The notes under the pieces were generated by a model that was not told the DNA's origin, did no database searches, and was given only the letters and a program-made list of their open reading frames with translations. Shown piece after piece: positions 32,066 to 40,998 of a stretch of 64,000 nt of DNA. Each line of letters begins with the position of its first letter. Positions within the stretch are counted from its first letter, which is position 1. This DNA is from an uncultured bacterium (GTDB taxonomy: Bacteria; Bacillota_I; Bacilli_A; RFN20; CAG-826), in contig CASDXP010000003.1 in NCBI GenBank assembly GCA_949285455.1, positions 308 to 64,307 of the forward strand, in the 5' to 3' direction. The translations under genes were made by a program, and so were the position numbers.

Positions 32066-33313
32066 TTAGATGATAACGTCTTTTGTTTTTCTTCCTTTGC
32101 CACGACCTGGCTTAAAGACAACTTCACCTTTAGAAATTGCCCCGACAGGACAGACTAAGGAACAAAGTAAACAGCCGACGCACTTATCAGTGTTACAAGT
32201 TGGTCTTCTCGTCTTCTTATCCCATTCCATAGCTTGGTGAGAACCATCGTAACAAGAGATGTAACATCTTCCACAACCAACACATTTATCATCATCTATT
32301 TTTGGATAAATTTTGAAGTCACGGTCAAGTTCTTCCGCAGGAATAACATTCTTATTAGCTCTTCCTACTAAGTCGGAAAGACGATCGACACCTTTTTCTT
32401 CCATATAGTGCATGAGACCATTACATAAATCATCGATGATACGATAACCATATTGCATGATGGCAGTCGTCACTTGCAAAGTGGAAGCACCAAGTAAAAT
32501 AAATTCTGCCGCATCGCGCCAAGTCTCGATACCGCCAATACCAGAAATTGGAATATCTCGCGTTTTAGGATTATCTCTCAATTGTTGAATAAATCTTAAG
32601 GCCACTGGTTTAATAGCCTTACCAGAATAACCAGAAATCGAAGATTTACCATTGACGATAGGTAGCCCCACTTCTTTATCTAAGTCGACGTTTAAAATAG
32701 ATTTGATCGTGTTGATAGCAGAGATTGCATCCGCTCCACCTTCGATACTTGCAAGTGCGACTTCGCACATATCAGTAATATTAGGTGTCATCTTAGCGAT
32801 GACTGGCAATTTAGTCGCACTCTTCACAGCTTTACAATATTGACGACATAGATCAGGATTTTGTCCGATCGCCGAACCAAGATGTGTATCGGTCATTTGA
32901 GGACAGGAGAAATTAAGTTCGATCATATCCGCTCCTGCATCTTCGACTTGTTTAGCTAAAATTTTCCAATCTTCATCGCTTCCCGCCATGATAGAAGCGA
33001 CTAAAACACAATCGGGGAATTCTTCTTTTAGACGTCTAATATCTCTTAGATCATCTTCTAAAGGATGTTCTGTCAATTGTTCCATATTTTTAAAGCCGAC
33101 GAAAGGTGTCGCTTCTTTTTGTAACATATCGTAACGTGGCGAACATTCATCGCATGGATCTTTAATTAAAGTTTTATAGACGATTCCGCCCCAACCTGAT
33201 CTAAAAGCTTTCGCGCACATGTCGTAACAATTGCCGACAGGCGAAGAAGAAAGCATGAAAGGGTTTTTAAATTTCACACCGAGGAATTCGATACTTAAAT
33301 CTTTCTTAATCAT
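32066..33313 (-). CDS. preA: NAD-dependent dihydropyrimidine dehydrogenase subunit PreA
   Basis: [54 protein letters not shown] and a C-terminal 2x[4Fe-4S] domain. Confidence 0.93.
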   Translation of the reverse strand: MIKKDLSIEFLGVKFKNPFMLSSSPVGNCYDMCAKAFRSGWGGIVYKTLIKDPCDECSPRYDMLQKEATPFVGFKNMEQLTEHPLEDDLRDIRRLKEEFPDCVLVASIMAGSDEDWKILAKQVEDAGADMIELNFSCPQMTDTHLGSAIGQNPDLCRQYCKAVKSATKLPVIAKMTPNITDMCEVALASIEGGADAISAINTIKSILNVDLDKEVGLPIVNGKSSISGYSGKAIKPVALRFIQQLRDNPKTRDIPISGIGGIETWRDAAEFILLGASTLQVTTAIMQYGYRIIDDLCNGLMHYMEEKGVDRLSDLVGRANKNVIPAEELDRDFKIYPKIDDDKCVGCGRCYISCYDGSHQAMEWDKKTRRPTCNTDKCVGCLLCSLVCPVGAISKGEVVFKPGRGKGRKTKDVII

Positions 33314-34542
33314 TATTTTGTCCTCGCTTTCGTTAAATAGGCGTCGATAAAGTAAGATGCCTCTTTTGCGGTTTTGACCGCTCCGACGACTGTTTTATCA
33401 CCCTTAGCGATATCGCCGACGACAAACACATTAGAGTCACCGACACGGTAGTTATTCGCGACCACTTCACCTAGATTATAATCTAAACCAAATTGTGGTC
33501 TTACCACTTGACCAACCGCTAAGATAATATGTTTTGGTTCGATAGAAATGACACTAGGCAAATGACGATGTTTAAATGTCACTACTTTTCCATCGTAACT
33601 CATTGGAACATAACCATCGATGATGGATACGTTTAATGCTCTAGCTTCATTCAATTCTTTTTGGCTGGCTCTAAATTCATTAAATTCTTCATAAACAACA
33701 TCGATGACACGCGGTGTACCGATACGTTTTAAAGTCGTAACGACATCCATCGCTACGTCCCCGCCACCGATGACTAAAGTATCACTATAGACGTCGATAT
33801 CGCCTCTTTCATTTTTGACTCTTCTTAAGAATTGTGTCGCAAGTTCAACGTGTGCATCATCTTCAAACATCGGTAAGGTCTTCGCTAATTCGTAACCAGT
33901 TCCAACGACGACCGCGTCATATTCTTCCTTTAATTTTTTAAATTCATCATCGTCCACTGGATGATTCACTAAATTTTTAACACCTAAATCTAAGATACGC
34001 TTAATTTCTAAATCTAAGACATCATTTGGTAAACGATATGAAGGAATGCCATATCTTAGATAACCACCAAGTTTTTCATCTTTTTCAAAGATTGTCACTT
34101 GATAACCTTTCATACGCAATAAAGCCGCAAGTTCTAAACCACCAGGACCAGAACCAATGATGGCAACCTTTTGTTTTAATTCCACTTCTGGCTTCCTTAA
34201 AATTTCCATCTTTAAATTAGCTTCAAAATCAGTGATGTAACGTTGAATCTTGCCAATTTCAATTGGTTTATCAATACCACTTCTTGAACAACCTAATTTA
34301 CAATATTTTTCTTGTGGACACACTCTTGCGCATATGGCCCCTAAGGCGTTATTTTCTCTAATAATTTCCGCTGCGCCTTTTTCATTTAAAAAACGCAAAG
34401 CACGAATAAATCTAGCGGGGTCTGTTCCAGCGGGACAATTCTTAGAGCATGGGGCATCATGACAAAGCAAGCACCTACTTGCTTCTTCGATAGCTAAAAG
34501 AGGAGTGTAAGCCTCTTCCGCTTCTTTCAAATAATCTTTCAT
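33313..34542 (-). CDS. preT: NAD-dependent dihydropyrimidine dehydrogenase subunit PreT
   Basis: [48 protein letters not shown]. Stop/start overlap with preA. Confidence 0.9.
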   Translation of the reverse strand: MKDYLKEAEEAYTPLLAIEEASRCLLCHDAPCSKNCPAGTDPARFIRALRFLNEKGAAEIIRENNALGAICARVCPQEKYCKLGCSRSGIDKPIEIGKIQRYITDFEANLKMEILRKPEVELKQKVAIIGSGPGGLELAALLRMKGYQVTIFEKDEKLGGYLRYGIPSYRLPNDVLDLEIKRILDLGVKNLVNHPVDDDEFKKLKEEYDAVVVGTGYELAKTLPMFEDDAHVELATQFLRRVKNERGDIDVYSDTLVIGGGDVAMDVVTTLKRIGTPRVIDVVYEEFNEFRASQKELNEARALNVSIIDGYVPMSYDGKVVTFKHRHLPSVISIEPKHIILAVGQVVRPQFGLDYNLGEVVANNYRVGDSNVFVVGDIAKGDKTVVGAVKTAKEASYFIDAYLTKARTK

Positions 34543-34613
34543 GGGGATAGTTCTCCTTGTAATAGATATTATGCCATAAAAGATTAGTTTATTTAATTAA
34601 AAGTTAAATGTAC

Positions 34614-35174
34614 TTAGTTTGATGAATTACTAGGGTTAAGTGGAATACTTATAGAATAATAAGGACTACTTGGATAATTAAAAGCAAATGAAGCGATGAA
34701 CGCTGCCGCCATAGAAACGACCATGAAGCCAACGAAGACGATGATGACTGGCCCCATAGGATCCCTATCAGTAGCCATATTGAACGCAAAATAAAGTAAA
34801 AAAATTACAACGTATCCAGCAAGATAAATTAAAGGTACATACATATTTGAAAAATCAGGCATCCTATAAAAAAACACATAAAATAACACCGTGCCTATAA
34901 ACGCTGAAGCAAAAAATATTACAATAGCGAAAAAGAAATATAGAACCCAAAGCATATTTTCCCCGGAGCGTTTTAAATAAATAGAAATTCCAACATGCGT
35001 TGCTAAGAAAAGCACTCCAATAACAATAAGTATTATCATTGAATTCTCACCATCATTATACGGATGAAGGATGACTGGGCAAATAAAATAAAAAATTAAT
35101 GAGATGAGTGACAAAACAATTATAATCTTTAATTTTCTATTTTCTAAAATAGATCCAATAAGTCCTGATAACAT
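34614..35174 (-). CDS. Hypothetical multi-pass membrane protein (paralog of 35252-35731)
   Basis: About 5 hydrophobic segments. N-terminus MLSGLIGSILENRK resembles MISELISTIIENKK, and both share a YxPLIxL motif. Confidence 0.7.
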   Translation of the reverse strand: MLSGLIGSILENRKLKIIIVLSLISLIFYFICPVILHPYNDGENSMIILIVIGVLFLATHVGISIYLKRSGENMLWVLYFFFAIVIFFASAFIGTVLFYVFFYRMPDFSNMYVPLIYLAGYVVIFLLYFAFNMATDRDPMGPVIIVFVGFMVVSMAAAFIASFAFNYPSSPYYSISIPLNPSNSSN

Positions 35175-35178
35175 AAAA

Positions 35179-35241
35179 AATTAATATTCTTCCTTCCTAT
35201 AGGCATCTCTTTCAATTAATAGAAGATGGATTTTCTTACAA
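35179..35241 (-). repeat. Diverged duplicate of the 3' end of gene 35734-36423 (partner copy 35732-35794)
   Basis: 35 bp are identical (35179-35213 = 35732-35766), followed by mostly synonymous differences. Reads CKKIHLLLIERDAYRKEEY* versus CKKIHLLLVERDAYRKEEY*. Confidence 0.9.
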
Positions 35242-35251
35242 TTTTATTCAT

Positions 35252-35731
35252 CTAAAAAACCGGTAATGGAAAACCAACAGTAAATAATAATGAGTAAGCA
35301 AGGCCAATAAAAATGGCGGCAGTTAAGAAGAAAATAATGAACGTTGGAATTAAATTTTCTTGTGTAGAAAAGTGATTAACCACAACGTAAGAGATAAGAA
35401 CTATACCCATCGCGCCTAGCGAAATAAGTGGAAGATAAACTGGATCGATGGGTAAAAAAGTAGTTAAAAACATAGAGAGATAAAAGCTAAGGAGACAGCC
35501 GACAAGGACAAAAGCGAGCCACTTCTTTTCAAGACCAAATCTAATTATGTAAAAAACAGTCAATAGAAGAACTAAAATGAATCCAGCAGAAAGAATTATT
35601 ATACCTAGATGAAAGTGCGATGAAATGATAACACCACTACAAAAGTATGATATGATTATTGTCCATAAAATAAATAATAAAAGATGGATTTTCTTATTTT
35701 CAATTATTGTACTAATAAGTTCTGAAATCAC
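35252..35731 (-). CDS. Hypothetical multi-pass membrane protein
   Basis: GTG start 2 nt after the upstream stop codon, with the SD AGGAAGGA inside the upstream gene. About 5 hydrophobic segments. Confidence 0.65.
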   Translation of the reverse strand: MISELISTIIENKKIHLLLFILWTIIISYFCSGVIISSHFHLGIIILSAGFILVLLLTVFYIIRFGLEKKWLAFVLVGCLLSFYLSMFLTTFLPIDPVYLPLISLGAMGIVLISYVVVNHFSTQENLIPTFIIFFLTAAIFIGLAYSLLFTVGFPLPVF

Positions 35732-35733
35732 AA

Positions 35734-36423
35734 TTAATATTCTTCCTTCCTATAGGCATCTCTTTCTACGAGAAGAAGATGAATTTTCTTACAAAGTTTA
35801 ACTATTTCATCGTTATTTTGTTCACTAACAGCGAGCATTAATTCATCGATAGAAGCATCGATCTTACTATCGTAAGTTTTCGTGCCTAAAGCTTCCATGC
35901 TCGGTAAGGAGTGAATTTCATCATGAATATTTTGTAGTTGTCTTCTTACATTTCTATCTTCCACTACTTCGATAAGCCTAGCAATACGACCTGCATAATT
36001 TTTGATGACTCTAGCTTCTTTGTGATCAATTCTTTCTTGCTCCGCACTTTTTTGATTAACGATATAAAGTGTTAAGAAAATAATTATATATAAGCCTAAC
36101 AATACCGCGTTCGTGGCAATGGAAGGAACAATATCAATTAATTCCAAGCATAAAAATACAACATTTGCGATAAAAGACGATAAGAAGTAGAAAACACTTA
36201 CTAGATAATGAGTCATTTGATAAATATGATTTCCCATCGTATTCGTCTTAAGTAATGGAATTAAAATCAAAGATAGATATGAAACGTGAATAAAAGCATA
36301 CGCGACCCAAGTTGAATCCGTGTGTGTCACACCAGCAATCAAAAAGAAACAGAGGTTGAAGACGATGACAAATATTAAATCTAAAACGATCGTCGCAATT
36401 AATAATTTATTTTTTAGTTTCAT
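35734..36423 (-). CDS. Hypothetical membrane protein (4 TM plus C-terminal helical domain)
   Basis: Four hydrophobic helices followed by a charged helical tail. Overlaps the SPFH gene by 4 nt. Confidence 0.75.
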   Translation of the reverse strand: MKLKNKLLIATIVLDLIFVIVFNLCFFLIAGVTHTDSTWVAYAFIHVSYLSLILIPLLKTNTMGNHIYQMTHYLVSVFYFLSSFIANVVFLCLELIDIVPSIATNAVLLGLYIIIFLTLYIVNQKSAEQERIDHKEARVIKNYAGRIARLIEVVEDRNVRRQLQNIHDEIHSLPSMEALGTKTYDSKIDASIDELMLAVSEQNNDEIVKLCKKIHLLLVERDAYRKEEY

Positions 36424-37475
36424 AATTTTGCTAAGAGTTCCTTTCTTTTCGCGTCATATTCATCTTTATCGATCAAACCTTGATCAAACAAAGTTTTTAA
36501 AGTTTGAAGTTTAGAAGCGACATCTTCATTTCCTTTAGGTTTATCTAAACCCATATTATTAGAGTTATTATTTTGCATCGCATTAAACATACCTAGACCC
36601 GCGCCTAGGCCAACTCCGATACCGGCTCCGCCACCGCTACCTTCATTTTCTGCAGCCGCTTTTAAAATTTCGGCCTGTCTTTGTCTTTGCCAATTGTCAC
36701 CTAATGTTTCAAAGACAGCTTTATCTGCCTGAGCGTGTCTTAATTTTGCAATCGTTTCGATGCCCACTTCATCATATTTTCTTCTTAGTTCATCATCTTC
36801 AATATCTAAAGCGGAAACGACGAAACGCACGCAAGTTAAACCATATTCTTTTAAGATTTCATCCATGTAAGGTTCGATAATTTCACTAAATTCATCAAGC
36901 CTTGCATCGATACCTAAAAGTTCCATATTCGATTCTAATAAAGCTCTTGCAATAACTGATTTAATTTTCGATTGGAATTGGCTAATAAAATATTTATTAA
37001 GTCCCACTTCCGTTTCAAAATCCATATTATTACCAATCAATTTTTCTAAGAATAATTGAGGATTTTTAATTTGCACTTTATAAGCTCCACGACATTTAAT
37101 TTTCGTCGCGATACCTAATAGTTTATCTCTTACTTGGATAGGTGAATCCGTTCCCCATTTTATTTCGACACTATGGGTAGTTCGAACAAAATAGACGCGG
37201 CAATTAAAAATCGAAACGCCACCAGAAAATAAATTTCTTAAACTAGTGATGAAAGGATAATTTTTCGTCGAAAGTTTATAAGTACCATTAGAAAATACTT
37301 GCTTAATTATACCTCCATCGACAAAGATAGCTTCTTCGCCAGGTTGCACAATTAAAGTAGAATTCGTATTGAAATCTTCGCTTGGATATTTAAAGATTAA
37401 AAAATCTGGTGAAGATTCATTTTTAATGACCTCAGTCCAAGTTTTTTTCACTTCACTGCGTTTGAATAAAGACAT
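36420..37475 (-). CDS. SPFH (band 7) domain protein with C-terminal SHOCT domain
   Basis: LIVQPGEEAIFVDGG, GTYKLSTKNYP, IKWGT (YdjI/virion-core-like SPFH), a Gly-rich GAGIGVGLGAG segment, and SHOCT KLQTLKTLFDQGLIDKDEYDAKRKELL. Confidence 0.85.
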   Translation of the reverse strand: MSLFKRSEVKKTWTEVIKNESSPDFLIFKYPSEDFNTNSTLIVQPGEEAIFVDGGIIKQVFSNGTYKLSTKNYPFITSLRNLFSGGVSIFNCRVYFVRTTHSVEIKWGTDSPIQVRDKLLGIATKIKCRGAYKVQIKNPQLFLEKLIGNNMDFETEVGLNKYFISQFQSKIKSVIARALLESNMELLGIDARLDEFSEIIEPYMDEILKEYGLTCVRFVVSALDIEDDELRRKYDEVGIETIAKLRHAQADKAVFETLGDNWQRQRQAEILKAAAENEGSGGGAGIGVGLGAGLGMFNAMQNNNSNNMGLDKPKGNEDVASKLQTLKTLFDQGLIDKDEYDAKRKELLAKL

Positions 37476-37494
37476 GATGTTTTCCTCCTAAATT

Positions 37495-37968
37495 TTAAGG
37501 ATAATCGATGCGACATATTTGTCCGCGGCAACGGAAATAAGTGCGATGAACAATTTTTATTAAAGCGATGAAGACGCCATATTTTTTTATTGCTAATAAG
37601 GCGTATTCTGAACAAGTTGGCTTAAAATTACATTTTCTACGCGTTTCATCTTTCGCATAATGCTGATAAAGATGGACGAGTCCTACGATGATAGATGGGG
37701 ATAAAATTAAGAAAGTATAACCACCGATGATGAGGATGAGGATGAAGATACTTAAACAAGCATTTTCATCTAATAATTCGCTAAGAGCGGGACTTAAACA
37801 ATCGCTGTTCTTCAACAAGAAATATAATCCCACTCCTAGCGACGATATGAGAAACAAGAACGTGATAATATAACAAATACATTTTGTAAGCGTAGTGTTA
37901 GGTCTACTTAGAGGATGATTTAAAACATAATTGAAGACGTAACCATGTTCTTGTTTATCAAACACCAT
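37495..37968 (-). CDS. YidD-like domain protein with two N-terminal TM helices
   Basis: LYQ...CNFKPTCSEYALLAIKKYG...RC matches the YidD CRFxPTCSxY motif. It is not in an rnpA-yidC context. Confidence 0.75.
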   Translation of the reverse strand: MVFDKQEHGYVFNYVLNHPLSRPNTTLTKCICYIITFLFLISSLGVGLYFLLKNSDCLSPALSELLDENACLSIFILILIIGGYTFLILSPSIIVGLVHLYQHYAKDETRRKCNFKPTCSEYALLAIKKYGVFIALIKIVHRTYFRCRGQICRIDYP

Positions 37969-37973
37969 AGAAA

Positions 37974-38615
37974 TTATTTAGCTTTTCTTTCTCTCACTAA
38001 GGCCTTGAGACCTTGAATCGATCTTTCAGAAGCTTCAGGATTGGTGACAGAAATCGATAATTTATCACCTGGAACGACGATCATAAATTGATTGTAATCC
38101 ATGAGAATTCTTTGATAAGTATTCGTCCTCAAACCACGTCTCTTTAAAACTTCACGTTCTTCCGAACCAGTTTCCGTATAAATGCTTACGATATCTTTGT
38201 AGAAATATTCTGCAGTTTTAACACTCTTACCATCTTCATCAAGATTAGTCGTCCATTGATAAAGGAATAATTCTTCGTCAGTGAAGAAAACCCAGGTCAC
38301 TTGATAAGAAGAAGAACGCCACAATAAATCTTTACCAAGTTTAGTAAAGATATTACGGTCGCTAAAATTGTAACCTTCAAAAGAAATCGCTTTAACTTTG
38401 CTCACTTGTGTGGGATCGAGACCAATCTTTCTTAAGCCTTCGCTCTTATGATCGATCGAATGAACGACTTTACTCACAAGTTCATCATATTTTTTGTCGT
38501 TAAGTTTACCACCAAAACAACCACCAGTGCCTAAGAAATAGTCGATGACTTTCTTTTGTTCTTTGCTGCGACCAGCTTTTAAATTCTTTTCTTTTTGACT
38601 AGCAAATAAGCCCAT
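37974..38615 (-). CDS. Hypothetical protein, possible bacterial PH-like domain
   Basis: Strong GGAGG SD. VFFTDEELFLY...EYFYKDIVSI resembles bPH strand motifs (inference). Confidence 0.6.
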   Translation of the reverse strand: MGLFASQKEKNLKAGRSKEQKKVIDYFLGTGGCFGGKLNDKKYDELVSKVVHSIDHKSEGLRKIGLDPTQVSKVKAISFEGYNFSDRNIFTKLGKDLLWRSSSYQVTWVFFTDEELFLYQWTTNLDEDGKSVKTAEYFYKDIVSIYTETGSEEREVLKRRGLRTNTYQRILMDYNQFMIVVPGDKLSISVTNPEASERSIQGLKALVRERKAK

Positions 38616-38651
38616 AAATAATACCTCCTATATAGAAAAGATTTTGCTCTT

Positions 38652-39245
38652 TTAAAGCCAATTTGGTCTCGCTACTCCTAACATAGCAAATAAGGAATTG
38701 ACATCCATGTCGGAGTAACCATATTCTTTCGCTTGCGATAAAGTTTCCATATAATTTGGAACCGTATTGAAATATTTTCTTTCGTAATAATCGTATTTAA
38801 TGTAACTAAGTAAAACGTAATAGATACCTTTAGGAGTAATCATATTCGCCGCATTTAAATATTGTTCACATTTATCGATATCATCTTTCGTATGTAAAAA
38901 AGGTATCTTCCCTTTCAAAGTCGCAATCGCCGCGGCAAAGAAGATATCCCCATTATCGAAATTATCTTGCATAGCAATTTCAAAACAAGCGAGAGCTTTA
39001 TCGAAAAGTTTAAGTTTTAAATAGCACATACCCATCGAAGCATTCACGTCTTTATCATCAGGATGTGCATCTAAAGCTTTCTTATAGCTTCCAGCGTATT
39101 TATTCAATAGAGGTAAGGACATATCGATGACACTATTAAAAGTGCTCACATTAATTGGTGAATGACAATATTCACATTCTTTTTGCGAAATCGATACCGG
39201 CGCGCCGCAGCCAGGACAATTCAATTTAATAACTTCCACTGCCAT
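38652..39245 (-). CDS. Zinc-ribbon plus TPR-like protein
   Basis: N-terminal CPGCGA...CEYC and TPR-like helices (ASMGMCYLKLKLFDKALACFEIAM). Start set at MAVEV. Confidence 0.75.
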   Translation of the reverse strand: MAVEVIKLNCPGCGAPVSISQKECEYCHSPINVSTFNSVIDMSLPLLNKYAGSYKKALDAHPDDKDVNASMGMCYLKLKLFDKALACFEIAMQDNFDNGDIFFAAAIATLKGKIPFLHTKDDIDKCEQYLNAANMITPKGIYYVLLSYIKYDYYERKYFNTVPNYMETLSQAKEYGYSDMDVNSLFAMLGVARPNWL

Positions 39246-39284
39246 ATAACAATAAAATGACCTTTCGATAAATAATTCAAAAAT

Positions 39285-39314
39285 ATAATACCCCCCCCCG
39301 TTTAATTTTGTCAA
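39285..39314 (-). promoter_or_regulatory. Sigma-A promoter with a G9 homopolymer in the -35/-10 spacer
   Basis: Minus strand TTGACA-aaattaaacGGGGGGGGG-TATTAT, spacer 18 bp (C9 at 39291-39299 on the plus strand). Confidence 0.75.
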
Positions 39315-39654
39315 CGAATTTTTTTGAACAAAGAAAAAGTCATTTGTTAACTATTTTTCATCGCTTTGACAAAACCATTCATATACAAAAAACTAGAAGA
39401 AAATAATAATTTCTTCTCATCACTTTAATTTTCACTAAAGGAGCTAAAAAACTTATTTTCAATTTTCATTTAATTACACATTAAAATTTATAAAACTTAA
39501 AGCATTTTAATTATCATTTCTTCATTTTTCGCTCAATTAAATAATAATATTGAATAAAAATGAACCATTTTTTAATCTTTTGAATAAATTTTCTTTAATT
39601 TTAACTTGATTTTATATAATTTATCGCTAAAATTGAGCCGTGAGGTAAAAAATT

Positions 39655-40995
39655 ATGGCAAAATATACTAAGCAAGATATCTTAAATATCGCTAAAAAAC
39701 AAAATGTTCAATATGTAAGATTGCAATTTTCTGACATCTTAGGGACGAATAAAGCAGTCGAAATCCCTGTCGCTAAATTAAAAGATGCCTTAGATGATAA
39801 AATTTCTTTCGATGGTTCATCTGTCGAAGGCTTCGCGCGTATCAAAGAAGCAGATATGTACTTATCCCCTGATCGCAATACGTGGCTCATCTTAGACTTC
39901 GAAGATTTAAAATATGGTAAAGTCGCTAGACTTATCTGCGATGTTTACATGAATAATGGTAAGCCTTTTTCAGGTGATCCACGTTACATCTTAAAGAAAA
40001 CATTACGTAAGATGAGAGAATTAGGTTATTCTTCATTAAATGTCGGTTTCGAACCAGAATTTTATTTATTTAAAACTGATGAGGAAGGTAAACCTATCTT
40101 AAAACATTCGATCGATAAAGCTTCTTATTTTGACCTTTCCCCTATCGATGGAGCGGAATATGTAAGAAGAGATATCGCTCTTGCCTTAGAGCATCTAGGT
40201 TTTGAAGTACAAACTAATCATCATGAAGTAGGCCCTGGTCAAAATGAAATCAATTTTAAATATGACGATGCTCTAACTACCGCGGACCGCATTCAAACTT
40301 TGAAGCAAGTCGTCAAAATTATCGCTGGAAAACATGGCTATTTCGCTACTTTCATGCCGAAACCAATCGAAGGTTATCCTGGCTCTGGGATGCACGCGAA
40401 TATGTCGCTCGTGGATGAAAATGGGGAAAATGTCTTTTACGATGCCAATAGCAAAGATGGTCTATCTTCAACATGCAAGAAATGGATAAGCGGCATCATC
40501 AGCCATTCTAGGCCTCTTTCTTTCATCACTAATCCGACGATCAATTCTTACAAACGCTTAGTCGCGGGTTTCGAAGCTCCTATCTACGCAAGTTGGAGTC
40601 AAGCGAATCGTTCTTCGATGATTAGAATTCCCGCACAAAGAGGTGCGGCTACGCGCACAGAAATTCGTAACGTCGATTGTATGGCTAACCCCTACTTAGC
40701 GATTTCTTGTCTTCTTGCCGCAGGACTCGATGGCATTTTACATATCGAAGATGAAGATATCATTCCACCTATATCAGAAAACTTATTTGAATTAAGTTTA
40801 GAGGAAATTACGAAATTAGGTATAAAACGTATTCCTTCTAATCTTTACGATGCGATGAAAGAATTTAAAAAGGACACTTTCTTTAAAAATGTCCTCGGTG
40901 AACCAGTTTATTCCAAGTTGATTTATATCAAAGAACAAGCTTGGAAAAAATATTCTTTAATCGTCACACCTTTCGAATTAGAAAGATATTTATAA
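39655..40995 (+). CDS. glnA: Glutamine synthetase type I
   Basis: FDGSSVEGF, GFEPEFYLF, HHEVGPGQNEI, ATFMPKP, GSGMH, NSYKRLVAGFEAP, NPYLA. Confidence 0.96.
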   Translation: MAKYTKQDILNIAKKQNVQYVRLQFSDILGTNKAVEIPVAKLKDALDDKISFDGSSVEGFARIKEADMYLSPDRNTWLILDFEDLKYGKVARLICDVYMNNGKPFSGDPRYILKKTLRKMRELGYSSLNVGFEPEFYLFKTDEEGKPILKHSIDKASYFDLSPIDGAEYVRRDIALALEHLGFEVQTNHHEVGPGQNEINFKYDDALTTADRIQTLKQVVKIIAGKHGYFATFMPKPIEGYPGSGMHANMSLVDENGENVFYDANSKDGLSSTCKKWISGIISHSRPLSFITNPTINSYKRLVAGFEAPIYASWSQANRSSMIRIPAQRGAATRTEIRNVDCMANPYLAISCLLAAGLDGILHIEDEDIIPPISENLFELSLEEITKLGIKRIPSNLYDAMKEFKKDTFFKNVLGEPVYSKLIYIKEQAWKKYSLIVTPFELERYL

Positions 40996-40998
40996 AAA

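Noticed and set aside
39246-39314. N-terminal extension MTKLNGGGYY... making the G9 tract a coding frameshift switch
   Set aside because: The TTG 'start' is the TTGACA -35 hexamer. The same artefact affects the track start at 22037, and the start at 20983 also runs through a promoter. The ATG at 39245 fits better.
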